Below are positions 12,264-25,611 of a stretch of DNA of 64,000 nucleotides, one piece after another; within the stretch, counting starts at the first letter, position 1; every line of letters begins with the position of its first letter. The DNA is from Scyliorhinus canicula. Its lineage: Eukaryota. A program made the position numbers and the translations under genes. The stretch covers positions 270,633,350-270,697,349 of the forward strand of contig NC_052146.1 in assembly GCF_902713615.1 (NCBI RefSeq). Direction: 5' to 3'. The notes under the pieces are model-generated. The model had not been told where the DNA came from. It made no database searches and saw only the letters and a program-made list of their open reading frames with translations.

Positions 12264-12934
12264 GGGCGCGATTCTCCCAAAACGGGAGAAATCGTAAGGC
12301 TGGCGTCAAACCCGGGCGGGTTTGACGCCAGCGCGCCCCTTCCCGACTGGGAACCGATTCTGGTCCCCGGTCGGGGCTAGCAGCCCGACGCCGTAAGCTC
12401 TGGCATCACGGGCTTAACGAATTTCGTTAAGCCCGCTTGCCGGAGTTAGCGCTGGCTGACGCGTCATATGACGTCAGCCGCGCATGCGCGGATTGGAAGA
12501 CTCCAACCCGCGCATGCGCGGATGACGTCATCGCGTATTTGCGCGAAACCCACGCATGCGCGGGCTGGGATGCCCCTCAGCCGCCCCGCGAATGGATACT
12601 GCGGGGCGGCGGAAGGAGAAATAGTGCGCGGGCATCGGGCGTGGTACTGCCGTGCCAATCGGTGCCATGGTTATAAAAGCGAGTTGTTCCCGCCGTTTTT
12701 ACGAACGGCCAGACCAGGTGTGTTTGCCGTTCGTAAAAACAGCGTAAAGGGCTGGGACTTCGGCCCATCTATCAGCTGTGAATCGCTGCCGGCCGTAAAA
12801 AAACGGCGGCAGCGATTCGTGTCGGGAGTTGGGCGGGGGGGGGGGGGGGGGAGAATAGCGGGAGGGCAGGAAAAATGTCGGGAAGGCCCTCCCGCTATTC
12901 TCCGACCCGTCGTGGGGGGCGGAGAATCGCGCCC
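12264..12934. mobile_element. GC-rich Harbinger-type MITE (family B)
   Basis: Perfect 14-bp TIRs GGGCGCGATTCTCC / GGAGAATCGCGCCC. TSD ATT on both sides. Confidence 0.9.
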
Positions 12935-14832
12935 ATTGACTTTCGTTAATCAACAGCTGATCTATAAGAAGACTGAATGGTGTCAGACCATATTGTTACT
13001 TTGCCAGAACTAATTCATATCCCTGATTTTTGTCTGCCAGAGTTTTTATACATAGAAAGAAAGTGATTGGAGATGCATGATGATGGTTCCTCAGAAGATC
13101 TCATTCCTGTCAGAGAATATATAGTCAGCACAGCTATTCACACTTTTGTCGGTGCAGTTGTGGGACTTCAGCTGTTAGGTTTTCTTAGTTCACAGGTGTG
13201 CATGAGCAGACACTGATGGCAGGAACAGGTGCAGTTACATCCACCTGCATCCCAAATCGCTTAACTCCTGAAGTACTTTTGAAGTGTAGTCACTGTTGTA
13301 ATGTGGCGGGGGTAGGAAATCCTCTTCAAGCTATGCTTAGCTGGACAAAGATGCTGAACTCCATGGGTTAGGTGCGTGATATAGATAATTCAGCAACTTA
13401 GTTGGGGCTGACGGACATGATGTATTACTGAATCCTTCAATCACTTCAACAGTGTGTTCAGCAAAAAAAAAAAGACAGGTTGACAGTCTAATGGGACGCC
13501 AAGTCTCAATTTGCACAACTGGCTGCAAATACTGCATATGAGGTCGGTGTTGGAAAGATGGATGGAGGCATTGGTTTTGTGCCGGGCTGACTTGCCAGAA
13601 GGCACTTCATTCCATTCTCCTCAAATGTTGAAATCCCTTGATGACAGAGATTTCTCCATTTGCGTCTGCGCAAGGTTATTTTTCCCCATGTACTAAGAAC
13701 CAACTTGCAAGTTCTGAGGTTGGCTTTCAGATGTCTTGATATCTAAATCTGGAATGTTCTGTGTTGCGGGTTCCCATGCTCAGCTGCCTATACAGTCCTG
13801 TCTTTGGTATATATGGTATCATCCATGTGAACCACATGACTGACACAGCAGAGCTGAGCACTGCTGAACATACTCTCGATTCCAGTTACGCAGCACCTTG
13901 CAGGAGCCTCGATGTTGGGGATTTTGTCCTGCCTGATAATGTTTCAAATAGATCTGAGAGAGCGAAGGTGGAATTCTTCCAGGTGCTTCAAGTGATGCCG
14001 GTAGGTTGTCCAAAACTCGAACCCAGAAAGAAGTGATATTAAAATCCACTGCCTGGTAAACTTTGATCTTTGTTCTGAGATAAATTCCATGCTCTTTGCA
14101 AAGTTTGTGAGTGAGCATATCAAATGCTAAGCTTGTTTTTGCAAGGTGATGGTTGGTGGTGTCATCCAGTGTAGTATTATTCGAGAGGAGTATCCCAAGA
14201 TACCAAAACCTCTATGGAGGGGTGTGTTGTTGACAGTGACTGTGGGGTCTTGGAATACGTGATCAGGAATGGGCTGATACAAGACCTCTGTCTTCTTCAG
14301 GCTTATGGTCAGGCTAAAGTGTTCTGAGGTTAAGGCAAAAGCAATCAACAAGCAGCTGAAAGTCCTCTGGAGTATGTGATACAGAACACAGTTATCAGAG
14401 AACAAGAGTTCACTCAGTAGTTGTTCAGTAACCTTTGTGCAAGCCGTGAGTATTTGCAAACTGAAGAGGTTGCTGTCTGCCCTGAATTGATGTGTTCTTC
14501 TGTGCAAAGATCTTTGAGCACAACCTGGAGGATAGTTGAGAAGTATATGTCGAACAAAGCTGGGGTCATTCATTACACAGCTTTTCAGGGGGTTGGTGAC
14601 ATGAAGGTTATCCAATGACATACCACTCTGCATAACCCTGGTCATCTTGACATTGTGAAACAAGTGAATGACACTGATCGTCATTTCAGAGCAGCCATAT
14701 TAGTACAGAACCTCCCACGGGCCTTTCTGTTTTACTGCGTAAAATGCCTTGGACAGGTTAACGAACACCGTCACAGAGGTCCTTATTCTGTTTGCGGGAC
14801 TATTGCTTGATTTGGTGTGCTACAAGGATCAT

Positions 14833-15560
14833 GGACATGATTTAACGGGACAAAAACAGAGTCCCGTTTTGGGTGTGTTTAGGGGTGTTTATAGGTGTCT
14901 GCAGCGCTGAGAACGACACTGCTATTCAACGAGACATTGCGGGGTTTTCTGCCCTCGGGGAGGAAAGCCCAGACGAGGCCGCACTTAACTTAATTTCCTG
15001 CACTGATGAGCTCAGCTTGCCAGTGCAGGAAGAGTCTTTGTGGATCAGGAAGCACTACCCTCAGTCGCCCCACTGCAGCCTCCGGACCCCACCCCATTGC
15101 ACCCAACCTGCCTCTCAGGGGGTCCTTCAGCCCCCCCCCCCCCTCACCCTCACCTTAAGGGCAAGGCACCCCTGGGCCTGGCTCCTGGTGGCACCAGCAA
15201 CCTGGGCACTGCCAGCCTGACAGTGTCCCCGCCAGCCTGGCAGTGCCACTTGGGTGCCCTGGTAATGCCAGCAGGAGTGCGAAGGTACCAATCTGCCTAG
15301 AGCCCAACCACCCAGGGGCCTCCAATTGCCTCGGTTCCTCCCATTGCCGTTACGCCTGGTCCACGTTTTTATGGACCACGGCTAAGTGGCGCCATGGCAA
15401 GGTCTCTCAGGCAAGGCCGTTAGTTCCTGGGTGTCTGGAGAATATGGTGTAGACACCAGCTGGGCGAGATCCAGATCATGACATCTCGTGAGGCGTTTCA
15501 AGCATCACAAATCCCGGGAGAGACCGCTCGCAAGATTCAGTGGCCTCATCGCGTCACCAA
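14833..15560. mobile_element. Older Harbinger-type MITE (family C), right end truncated
   Basis: Left TIR GGACATGATTTAAC, related to 20859 AGGCGTGATTTAAC. Shared TGGCAGTGCCA-rich body. Confidence 0.55.
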
Positions 15561-15569
15561 GTTTGCCTT

Positions 15570-16104
15570 TTTTTCTTGAAAAATACTTTTATTGGTGTTT
15601 TGACATTTAGTAAAAACATATATAACAGAACAAAACAGCGGCATTGGCAAACACATAAACAAAGAAACTAGGAAACAACACACAACTGTACAAATTGCTG
15701 TCTCCTTGCCTGTGATGAAGGTTCGCCTTCTGTTATTTACATTCGTATTTACAGTCCATGTAAGAACTCTTGACTTTCTTTATGTGTGCACGTGTCATGT
15801 TCCCCTGTTGTGTTCTAAAAGAAAGTTACAATCATCCGCATCCCCAGTTTTCCATTTGTGTGTGTGGGGGGGGGGGGGGGGGGGGCCGCCACAGATGGGC
15901 ACTGCTCCATCTCAACACCCACGACCTTGGACATGGCCTCAAAAAAGGCTGTCCAGAACTCACTGAGTCCGGGGCAGGTCCAGAACATGTGGGTGTGGTT
16001 GGGCAGGCCCCCTGACACTGCTCGCACTTATCGTCCGCCTCCGGGAAGAACCCACTCATGCGTGTCTTAGTAACCTGTGCTCTATGCACCACCTTGAGTT
16101 GCAA
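15570..16104 (-). mobile_element. L1-clade LINE 3' fragment
   Basis: MQLKVVHRAQ...CEQC...NHTHMFWTCP matches the C-terminal Cys-rich region at 27579-28226. A-rich tail (poly-T on + strand). Confidence 0.8.
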
Positions 16105-16405
16105 AGTTTTTCTTTTAATGAATCCTAGGACCTCAAAAGCTGTCTTGTAGGTAGCATCCTTTAATATTTTCCCAGAATCTTCAATGGCAATGTTGTCCTC
16201 CGGGATATCAATAATTCTTAGTTTGTGTTCTTGTCTCTTGGCATGCCTTTAAGAACTGTTACATCAAGCTTCCTCTGCGGGTTGACTCCGTGCTGAAGCA
16301 GCTTAGATTTTATCTTCAAAGACACAATGCTCCTGACAAGCCGACAGCCAGACCAGCATTCTGCACATCCAAGGGAGCGTGCAGAACGCACGTCCTGGAG
16401 ATCTC

Positions 16406-16773
16406 TCCCACCCGGCTTACTCACTTTTCCAACTTCTTCCATCGGACAGGAGATTCAGAAGTCTGAGAACACGGACGAACAGACTCAAAAACAGCTTCTT
16501 CCCCACTGTCACCAGACTCCTAAATGACTCTTTTATGGACTGTCCTCATTAACACTACACCCTGTCTGCTTCATCCGATGCCAATGCTTATGTAGTTACA
16601 TTGTAGATCTTGTGTTGCCCTATTATGTATTCTCATGTATTTTCTTGAATTCTGTTCAATTCCCTTTTCTTCCCATGTACTGAATGATCTGTTGAGCTGC
16701 TTGCAGAAAAAGACTTTTCACTGTACCTCGGTACACGTGACAATAAACAAATCCAATCCAATCCAATCCAATC
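16406..16773 (+). mobile_element. Rex1/Babar LINE 3' end
   Basis: HPAYSLFQLLPSDRRFRSLRTRTNRLKNSFFPTVTRLLN. Tail GTGACAATAAAC(AATCC)n. Splits the RTE, whose frame continues on both sides. Confidence 0.85.
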
Positions 16774-17049
16774 TCCCTGTTGGACAATAACAGAGTCCAA
16801 CATGTCCCAGTGTTTGGATCGGCAGTACAACCATGTTGTTCTGATGTTGTCTGCTTGCTGGAAGTCTGTGTTTCTGATGGTTAAACCAAAATTGCTTCAC
16901 TTACAGAGAAGGAGCTGACTTTGCTGTGCCAATAACACAGAAATATTTTTGTTATTTCTCTCCCTGCATCTAGTGGTGCGCATCTGTTCTCATAGACAGG
17001 TTTTTACTGGAAAGGGTAGCTAGTCTGTCGCCAGAGGCTTACAGCTTGA

Positions 17050-17255
17050 GGGGTGCCGCTCCATATCAAGCATGGCTGACCAGGAAGCTCTCCCATTATC
17101 ATCACCCGCCATTGGCGTATGTTGGAGGGATTTTGTAGGTTAATATTCAACTTATGAACGCATATTTCGTGGTCAACGAGTCCTGAGTGGATTTCAAACC
17201 GGGAGCTTCAGGCTCAAAGGCAGAGACGCTACCCATGCACCAGAAGACCTCCCTG
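17050..17255 (-). mobile_element. Short tRNA-derived SINE inserted in the RTE
   Basis: Minus-strand tRNA-like head with a GGTTTGAAATCC B-box-like motif. AGCTT-containing direct repeats flank it. Confidence 0.45.
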
Positions 17256-20123
17256 AGCTTAAATACCCCTCTGCATATATTACAGGCTAGGCTCACTCAT
17301 CATCAAAAGTAATTAGTTTGCCCTGTTTGGGCATGCCTCTAGCTTGCTGAAGTCATCATAGAATGCTTCTTTGACTTCGCTGGATGTGTCATTGTTGGAG
17401 GAGAGGTGCTAATGAGTGTTGCATGCTGGTTACAGGCAAGCCTTAAATGAAGAGTATGAGTCAATCACTGATTCCTGAAGGAAGTGAGTCAAGCTTGCAT
17501 GGCAGTTCAGGTTGAATAGCAAAGCCATTTGAGATGATCCTTGGACTTGTCAATGCAGTAGAAGGCCAATTTCTTGGTGAGAGCCCTCAGCGAGCCTTAT
17601 TTTGCTCAGGGCGGCTATGTCAAAGTCGAATAGCATTCTGGCTATGCGGGCTATTCTGCACTCTGGGGCACGATTCAGTGACCTCCTCCTCTACATTCGC
17701 TGCGATCTGCAGAGAGCGATTATCATCCTGAGACCATCTTTGTGCTGGGTTATGACTGAAGACTGCAAGTACCTCTACCTGTCCCCATCGGCACTTCCAA
17801 ATTATCGAAGGGCTTGGCACATCTGCTGATTTGGTTGATGACTTGCTGAATAACCTGCACAGTATATTTAAGTGGATAGGGTCTCCTCGTCCAAGGTGGC
17901 TAATACTACACTGGTACACTGCATGCCACATGCCAAGCAGCTGAAAAGATGCAAGTTTAATTTTGGGGTTGAGCTGCTTTTCCTAGAAGTGCTGCTAAGC
18001 AGGCTGAAGGGCCTCATCTACTGTTGCCATTGTCATCCAGTCCGTTGGTACAGTTTGTGATCTTCCCCACTGTCAGCCGGTATATACGTGTCATAGCTAA
18101 CCCATAGCTGGGGGTTTTGAAATCAGAGTTACCCTCTCTTTGGTAGGCTGCCAATGAAGCCTGACAAGCCCTCTGGAGCTGTGTGGATGAGAGGATTCAA
18201 ACACCGGCCTTCATACTGTGCCCACAGTTCTAAACATAATCACAGAATTGTTACGTCACAAAAGGAGGCTATTTGGCTCATTGTATCTGTACCAGGATCA
18301 GCGCATGAAGGCAGGACTTTGATCAGAAGAGGTTATTTGAGACAGTGACCATGTGGAACCTCTTGTGAATGAAGAACATCTTAACGTTCTTTATATCCAG
18401 ATTCTTTCCTAAAATTCTACCCTTGCACTGTACACTTTCCTCGATAAAGGATGAAAAAGTCCAATTTGAACACCGTGGAGGTGACAAAGTGAATTGTAAG
18501 AATTTCAGCCATGAAGAGAGAGACTCTCTCCAAAGAGCTTCAAGCGTTGCTCTCAAATTAGTCCAAGCAGGTCATGGCCATACCCATGCAGTCCAAGCTA
18601 TCAGCCATCTTTGAGAAGAGCTTTCAGTTTCTCATGGGTTTTGCTGAAAGGTCACTGTCTTTTCACTGGTGAATTTTGCGAGTCCCAGGAAACAAGTGCA
18701 GGAAATGTTAAATTAAAAAGATGATAAATCATGTGACAGGCCCCTCATTTACATGGAAATTATGCTTTGATACTGAGAGAAAAAAAAAGGTTGTGATATG
18801 TGGGCCAAGTTTCCCTTCGATTTGCACGGCAACTAACACCTGCTAGATCATGACACTGCTTCTTTTTCTTCTTTCATGTTGGCTTCCCACCCAAGCTAAC
18901 CCACCCACCCATTCCTGAGTGTAAAACGTTGTTCCCCACAACCCCTGCAAGTCTACAAATAAACACAGTTGAAACAAATCGCAAGGTTGAGCACCAGAAG
19001 CGCCACTTGACGTGAGTGCCACCCACTGTTGCTGTGATGTAAAGTCCAGTTTTGTGAAATGGTGCAAGGCACAAACATGATGTGCAGACAACTGCAGTCA
19101 GGTTAGAGTGCGCGCTAACAGGTTGTGGCCACAGGGTAATTTTTCTTTAAAAGACCATGCTGAAGGATTACAAATTAAGTTTCACCGAATACACAAACAA
19201 CGCAAAAGAGAGGAAATATGCTTGACCTCTTGAACCTCTACCGCTGCACTTCTAAAAGGTTCCCTCTTGATGCAATCATTACAAATTTCAACGGGTGCTC
19301 TGCTGTTTTCTACTGTAATCAAAAATAGGAAAAAATAAAACTCAGCAAGCACCAGTTCACACAGCCCCAGTGAGCTTTTACAAAGCTGAGACCAACCCGG
19401 TCAGGTGGACAGGCCAATCGTTTTGCCAACAAAAACATGTTCCTTCATCTCTGTTGAACATGACCAAAACAATGAAAGATTATTTCAGCTGCTGGGTGTT
19501 CAGGAAGTGGAACTGAAAACATTCTAAGTGCAGGAGAAGATGAAATGAAATCCTCGGTCCCAATTTCCCAGTTGTTTCTTGTCCGCCTCTTTATCCCAGT
19601 GCTAAAGAAAGGATGGCGTAATGTCGCTTTACCTCCAACTCTATTGACCCCCTGAGTTGACATGTAGAAAAAGGAAATGTTCCTGCAATGCCATCTTTGC
19701 AGGCCAAACTTATGTCAAAATACGTACAACGTAAATAGGGATTCAGGGCAAGTTGTTAATAAACCGTACTTACCATTAGGTGTGGTGGTGGCAAAGTTAT
19801 ATTAAAAGCAGGAAACATTGGAAATTCACAAGCCCATTGCATCTGAAAGAGGAATGCTAGGAGATTTTGCTGATAAAATATCCCTCATGAACCTGTTCCT
19901 GTTCTCTCAGATACTGACGGTTCTACAGTGTATCTCCAGCACTTTTGGCATTTCAGGTTCGCAAATTATCGTTTTTTCCCCATTGTATAAGCTACATTAA
20001 ATTTAGAAACGGAAACTAACTGCTGTGTTACACTACTCATTGGCTTGTAGAATTATAATTGCTCACCTGAAGACTCCTTTGGTTCACAGGTAGAAATATA
20101 TGTGTCCCTCAGTTGGAGATGAG

Positions 20124-20827
20124 GGGCGGGAATCGCCCGGGGCCGGCGTCAATCCCGCCCCCGCCGTGTCCCAAATTCTCCACACCCCTGAGATTCGGCG
20201 GGGGCTGGAATCGTGCCGTGCCAGTTGGCGGGCCCCCGCGGCGATTCTCTAGCCCACGATGGGCCGAAGTCCCGCCGCTGACAGGCCTCTCCCGCCGGCG
20301 TGCATTAAACCACCTACCTGACCAGCGGGATTGGTGGCACAGGCGGGCTCCGGAGTCCTGGGGAGGGGCGCGAGGCGATCTGACCCCGGGGGGGGGGGGG
20401 GGAGAGGTGCCCCCACGGTGGCCTGGCCCGCGATCGGGACCTTCCGATCGGCGGGCGGGCCTGTGCCGTGGGGGCTCTTTTTCTTCTGCCTTCGCCATGG
20501 TCTTCACCATGGCGGAGGCGGAAGCGACCACCTCCCCTGCGCATGCGCCGGTATGACGTCAGCAGCCGCTGACGCTCTGGCGCATGCGCGGACTTACGCC
20601 GGCAGGCGAAGTCCTTTCGGCCCCGGCTGGTGTGGCGCCAAAGGCCATTCACGCCAGCCAGCGGAGTGGGAACTACTCTGGCGCGGGCCTAGCCCCTCAA
20701 TGTGAGGGCTTGGCCCCTAAAAGTGCGGAGAATTCCGCACCTTTGGGGCAGCTCGACGCCGGAATGGTTCACGCCACTTCGACACGCCGGGACCCCCCGC
20801 CCCGCTGGGTAGGGGAGAATTCCGGCC
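20124..20827. mobile_element. GC-rich Harbinger-type MITE (family D)
   Basis: Right TIR GGAGAATTCCGGCC. TSD GAG. Left end has a short subterminal deletion relative to the 22531 copy. Confidence 0.8.
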
Positions 20828-20858
20828 GAGGTTTCTTAATAGGTGTGATAAAGACATA

Positions 20859-21778
20859 AGGCGTGATTTAACTAAATGGGGGTAAAGTCCCACAGCGAGC
20901 GCGTTTAGCCGCGTGTTTCCTGGCACTCACAGTGTCAAAAAACACAACACAATTAAACGTCACTCGGGTTAGATAGGGGACCTCAGCGGCGAACGTGTGG
21001 CTGAGGACGCACATTGCCCCATTTTCTGCACTGAGGAGCTCTGCTCGTTGAAAATCCACAGTGTAATGTGATTCGAGACGCCATTTTAAATGGAATCCTG
21101 ATCTCTGAAGCCCCCGACATGACCCCTCACCCCCCCCCCCCCCACAAGCCCCAATTCACTATGAAGGGTCCCATGACCCCCCCCCCCCCCCGGCACCTCC
21201 AAAACCTGTGCAGCACATCCCCAGCCTGACCACTGCTATGTGAAAATTGACATCTTGGCAGTGCCAACCTGGTACCATGGCAGAGCTCTTGCTAGCTGGC
21301 AGTGCCACCTGGGCACCTTGGCAGTGCCAGGCTGACACCCATGCGGCACTGCCAGACTGGCACTGCCAGCTAGCAGGGTACTAATAGAGTGCCCAGCTTG
21401 CACTAGCAGTGCCAGGGTACCACCCTGCCCAAAGGGAACCCATCTGGGGGTCTCCGATCCCCTGGGAGACCCCCACAGGTGCCATTCCGTCTGGTCGCCA
21501 ATTGTGGAGACCAGTACTGAATGGCTCTCGCTCAAGGTCTCCGAGATGAACGGGATAGATCCCAATGCCTCGGGAAACTGCATATTACAGTGAGACTAGC
21601 TATCTCGCTCACACATGCAGATTTGCCAAAAGGTGATCCTGCCCACAATGGACGAAATTTACATCGTAATGTTTCGTGAGATCGCGTGAGATTTCGCGAG
21701 GCGCTGCGAGCCGGGTATAGCCCGGGAGCGCTGCAGCGTGTTGCTTTTCGGGTGCAGCGTGGCCGTTCGATCGCGCCC
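20859..21778. mobile_element. Older Harbinger-type MITE (family C)
   Basis: Imperfect TIRs AGGCGTGATTTAAC ... GTTCGATCGCGCCC. Confidence 0.65.
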
Positions 21779-21899
21779 GATAATGCTCATGGATGCATAC
21801 AATGGTAAAACAGTGGTGAGTGAATTGTTTCAACAAGAATTAAAATGATGGATTCAATGTCTGACTTGAAAACACTATGCCCCTGAAATGAGACAGAAT

Positions 21900-24230
21900 C
21901 TGAAAAATGGTGTGGCTTCCACAATGCAGAATGATCCTGCTCGTGCCTATACCACCTAGAGCCATCCTGCACCTCCTAAAGGAGAGGGGCACTGTGGCTG
22001 CAGCAGGCACTTGAAGCCATCCTGAAAGTGATTGGCACAGCGTAAGCTCCAATATTTTCTGGTGCTGCACTGGAGACTTTGGTGAAGAACTCTGTGGGGA
22101 GTCGCGATCACTCTGGATAAACTTGGCAAAGGCAGCAAGACTGGATATTCATGGCAGTAAATACCGGAGTCTGGCCCACACTCCCATCACCTACCAATCA
22201 AAATAGTTTTCAGTCAAGACCCCAACCTGCTTCATCTAATCTTCACTCTGCTACAAACCTCACATTCACTTCTCACAACTTCGCACACATTACCAGCTAA
22301 TCACCACAACAGTCATATCACCCAAATTCATTGCACCAAACTCACTGGCACACTTCTCTCTTTCTTGCAGGACAAGGTGCCACATAACTGGAGGCAGCAA
22401 GGGTTAGCAGTTAGGGACAGCCATATTTGGTTGCCTTTCTCCCCAACTGGGATGGTGTTCACCATCATTATCGAGGTTGTGGCCCGTGGCATGCTCAAAC
22501 CATTGATGATAGTCGCATTCTCACACCTAGGGGCGGAATGCTCCGACCCCCGCAGGGTCGGGGAATCGCCCGGGGCCGGCATAAATCCCGCCCCCACCGT
22601 GGCCGGAATTCTCCGGCACCCGGGAATCGGCGGGAGCGGGAATCAAGCCGCGCCGATCGATGTGCCCCCCGCGGTGATTCTCCAGCCCGCGATGGGCCGA
22701 ACACCCTCCGCTGACAATCCTCTCCCGCCGGCGGGAATTTTGGAGCACCTCTGGTGCCGGCGAGATTGGCGGCGCGAGCGGGCCCCGGGGGGGGGGGGGG
22801 GGGGGGGGGGGGGAGAGGGGGGGGGCGCACGCGGGTCGATCGGACCCCACGGTGGCCTGGCCCGCGATTGGCAGATGGCCTAGTGCCGCATTGGCACTCT
22901 TTTTCTTCTGCTGCCGCCACGGTCTCCACAATGGCGGAGGCGGAAGAGACCCCCCTTACCGCGCATGCGCCGGTGGTGACGTCGGCGACCGCTGTCGGCC
23001 AGCCCCGACTGCGGGCGGCGGGCATCAAAGGCCGTTGGCGCCGGTTTTGGCGCCAGTTGGCGTGGCACCAACCATTCCGGCGCGGGCCTAGCCCGCACCT
23101 TTGGGGAGGCCCGACGCCGGAGTGGTTGGTGCCACTCCGCTACGCCGGGACCCCCCGCCCCGCCGGGAGAATCGCGGCCCTAACCTACCATCTCTCATCC
23201 CACTTAACGCTCAATGTCTTCTGATTTACAAGCCACAGGTAGAAAAGACAAACACCTCTTACTTCACTCCCTCTCCTCACCATCAATATACCCTTGTACC
23301 TTTTTCTTTTCAGATACTTCAGAACTGCACCCTGGTCAGGCAATGGTGGAAGAGTAAAAGATGGAAGAGCAGAAGGATAATTATGAAGGAGAAACGGCAT
23401 TACTTGCTTACACTCAGACACTAACAATGCACACAGCCTAAAGGATGACTTTGAGATAGGATCTGCACGTGGCGAGACAGGACAACAGGAGTGCCAAGTT
23501 GCCAGAAGGTGAAGGTACACATGAGTTTTTGCTGCACAGGACTCAGAGGTGAAGTTCAATGGAATGCCTACAGAAGAAGGCTCATGGTTACACAAAATGA
23601 AATGACTGACGCATTGGCAGACCTGCCAAAAACCCTAAAGTCCATGCCAAGAGTCATGGCGAAGTTCAGCACTAATATGGCACAGGTCTGTGTGCAAAGC
23701 TTGGAGCTCAACCTTTCCAACATAGAAGTGATGGCCAAATATACTTGCGCAAGTGTGGACCCAACCATGATACAAAGCCTCATGGCCATTGTCGCAGTTT
23801 CCATCAGAGCTCAAGGAAAAGCCTGGATGTTCTGACTGAAGTCATACTGGTGAGAGTGAACCAGCCCAGACTGCTGCTCCCATTCTGAGATAGTACAATC
23901 TGAATCCAGGCCCTCAAGGTCCAGAACTGTGCATGCCACTCGGAAAGATCATTTGTCAGCCCTGCAAGTGAAAGTCACCAAACATATTGCAACCGCAGGG
24001 AAACTGCTGTGAAGGAGCATTAGAACTGGCAAAGGCACATAGAAAACAGATAATAAGGGTGATTAGTTGACACGCGTGCAATAAAACATCATTTGACGTA
24101 TAATTTTCATTTGGAATGTTTACTTTCAGGCGAGGCGGCATTTATTTTAGCATTGTGGCCAGGGAAATGCTGTGATGGTCAGTGAAAGGGAAGGTGTAGG
24201 AGGACTGTTGGTGAATGGGGAATGAGGGCT
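21900..24230 (+). pseudogene. Harbinger Myb/SANT-like DNA-binding gene remnant with intron traces
   Basis: APIFSGAALETLV at ~22045. Acceptor CTTTCTTGCAG followed by DKVPHNWRQ at 22371. Second acceptor TTTCTTTCAG at ~23313. Many stops. Split by a MITE. Confidence 0.6.
22531..23180. mobile_element. GC-rich Harbinger-type MITE (family D)
   Basis: TIRs GGGCGGAATGCTCC ... GGAGAATCGCGGCC(C). Imperfect TSD (TAG/TAA or CTA). Long poly-G tract. Colinear with 20124-20827. Confidence 0.85.
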
Positions 24231-24240
24231 ATGGTTATAA

Positions 24241-25400
24241 ATTCATAGAATGGTTACATCACAGAAGGCCATTTGGCCCATCATGTCAGTGATGGCTCCC
24301 TGTATGCGCAACTCCACCAGTCCCACTCCCCTGCCCTTTCCCTTTTGCCCTGCAGTTATTTTTCTCTTCAGTTCATTTCAAATTCCACTTTTAAAGCCAT
24401 GATTGACTCTGCCTCAACCACACTCTCAGACAATGCATTCCACAGCCTAATCACACACAACGTGAAAATCGTTTTCATGTTGCCTTTGGTTTTTTTTTGC
24501 CATCCACCTTAAATTTATGCCCTCTCGTTCTCAACCCTTCCATCAATCCCTGTACCAGCCTCCCCGAACAGGCACCGGAATGTGGCGACTAAGGGCTTTT
24601 CACAGTAACTTCATTGAAGCCTACTTGTGACAATAGGTGATTATTAATGGGAATAGCTTCTGCCATCTTCTCTGTCTAGTCCTCTCATGATTTTGAGCAC
24701 CTCAATCAAACCTCTCAATCTTTTTTCCTCGAAGGAAATCAGCTTCCCCAATCTATTGATGGAACAAGTCCCTCGTCCCTGGAATCATTACCATTTCCTA
24801 CATGCTCTGTAACACCTTCACATTCTTCATGAAGTGCGGTGTTTTGAACTGGACTGAATATGCCGGTTGGCAAGACCTGTTATGCCAGTTAAGACCAGCC
24901 TAGTGCATTATAAAAGTTCACCATAACATTCTTGCTTTTGTACTCTAGGCTTCTATCTATAAAAAACAGGATTCTATATGTCTTAATCACTTTCTCAACC
25001 TGCCCTGCTATCATCAACAACTGGTGCACATACACCCCCATGTCCCTTTGCTCTTGCATCGCCTTCAGAAGTGTATCCTTTATTTTCATATCACTATCCT
25101 CATCACAGTTCACAATACTTCCAAGTTTTATTTAACTGTACATTTTCAAACTGTACCCTGTACACCCAAGTCAAAGTCATTAATATGGAGCAAGAAAATC
25201 CTGGGGAACCCCACTCTCTGCCATCATCCAGTCACAAAGGCAACTGTTCACCACTACTCTAGTTTCCTTTCATTCAGCTAATTCTGTATACATGCTGCAT
25301 CTTGACCTTCAACTTTGATGCATGTCTACTATGTTACACTTTATCAGATACCGCTTGGAAGTCCATGGAAACCAAATCATTCACATGACCCTCATGGGTG
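24241..25400 (-). mobile_element. Old CR1 LINE 3' fragment
   Basis: EQRDMGVYVH...QVEKVIK.YRIL.FI.R.LEYKSK.VM in ORF 24889-25113. CR1 tail at 24241. Confidence 0.75.
24548..24645 (+). mobile_element. 5'-truncated SINE family C
   Basis: CCGGAATGTGGCGACTA.GGGCTTTTCACAGTAACTTCATTGAAGCCTACTTGTGACAATA, matching the copies at 59762 and 63638. Confidence 0.8.
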
Positions 25401-25611
25401 GCAAGGTTCTGGATTCACTGCCCGAAGAGTGTGATGGAGACAGATTCAATCATGACTTTCAAAAGGAAATTGGCTAATCATCTGAAGAGAAAAGACTGCA
25501 AACTAACAGGGAAGATTGGGGAGTAGGACTAGCTGAATAGTCCTTACAGAGTGCCAACATGGAAACAATGGGATGAATGCTGTAACCATTCTATGATTGT
25601 ATGATTTTATG

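Larger units (their letters stand above)
13420..18230 (-). mobile_element. Degenerate near-full-length RTE-clade LINE, interrupted by several later insertions
   Basis: Minus-strand remnants RSKHWDMLD, DLQDVRSAR...CWSGCRLV, ELLFSDNC, F.LTISLKKTEVLYQP and a C-terminal CxxC. RTE-like 5' UTR near 18110-18170. Pieces at about 13420-14830, 16105-16405, 16775-17050 and 17255-18230. Confidence 0.8.

Noticed and set aside
18290-18690. Unique-looking sequence with short ORFs as a host exon
   Set aside because: No recognisable protein and no convincing splice-site pair.
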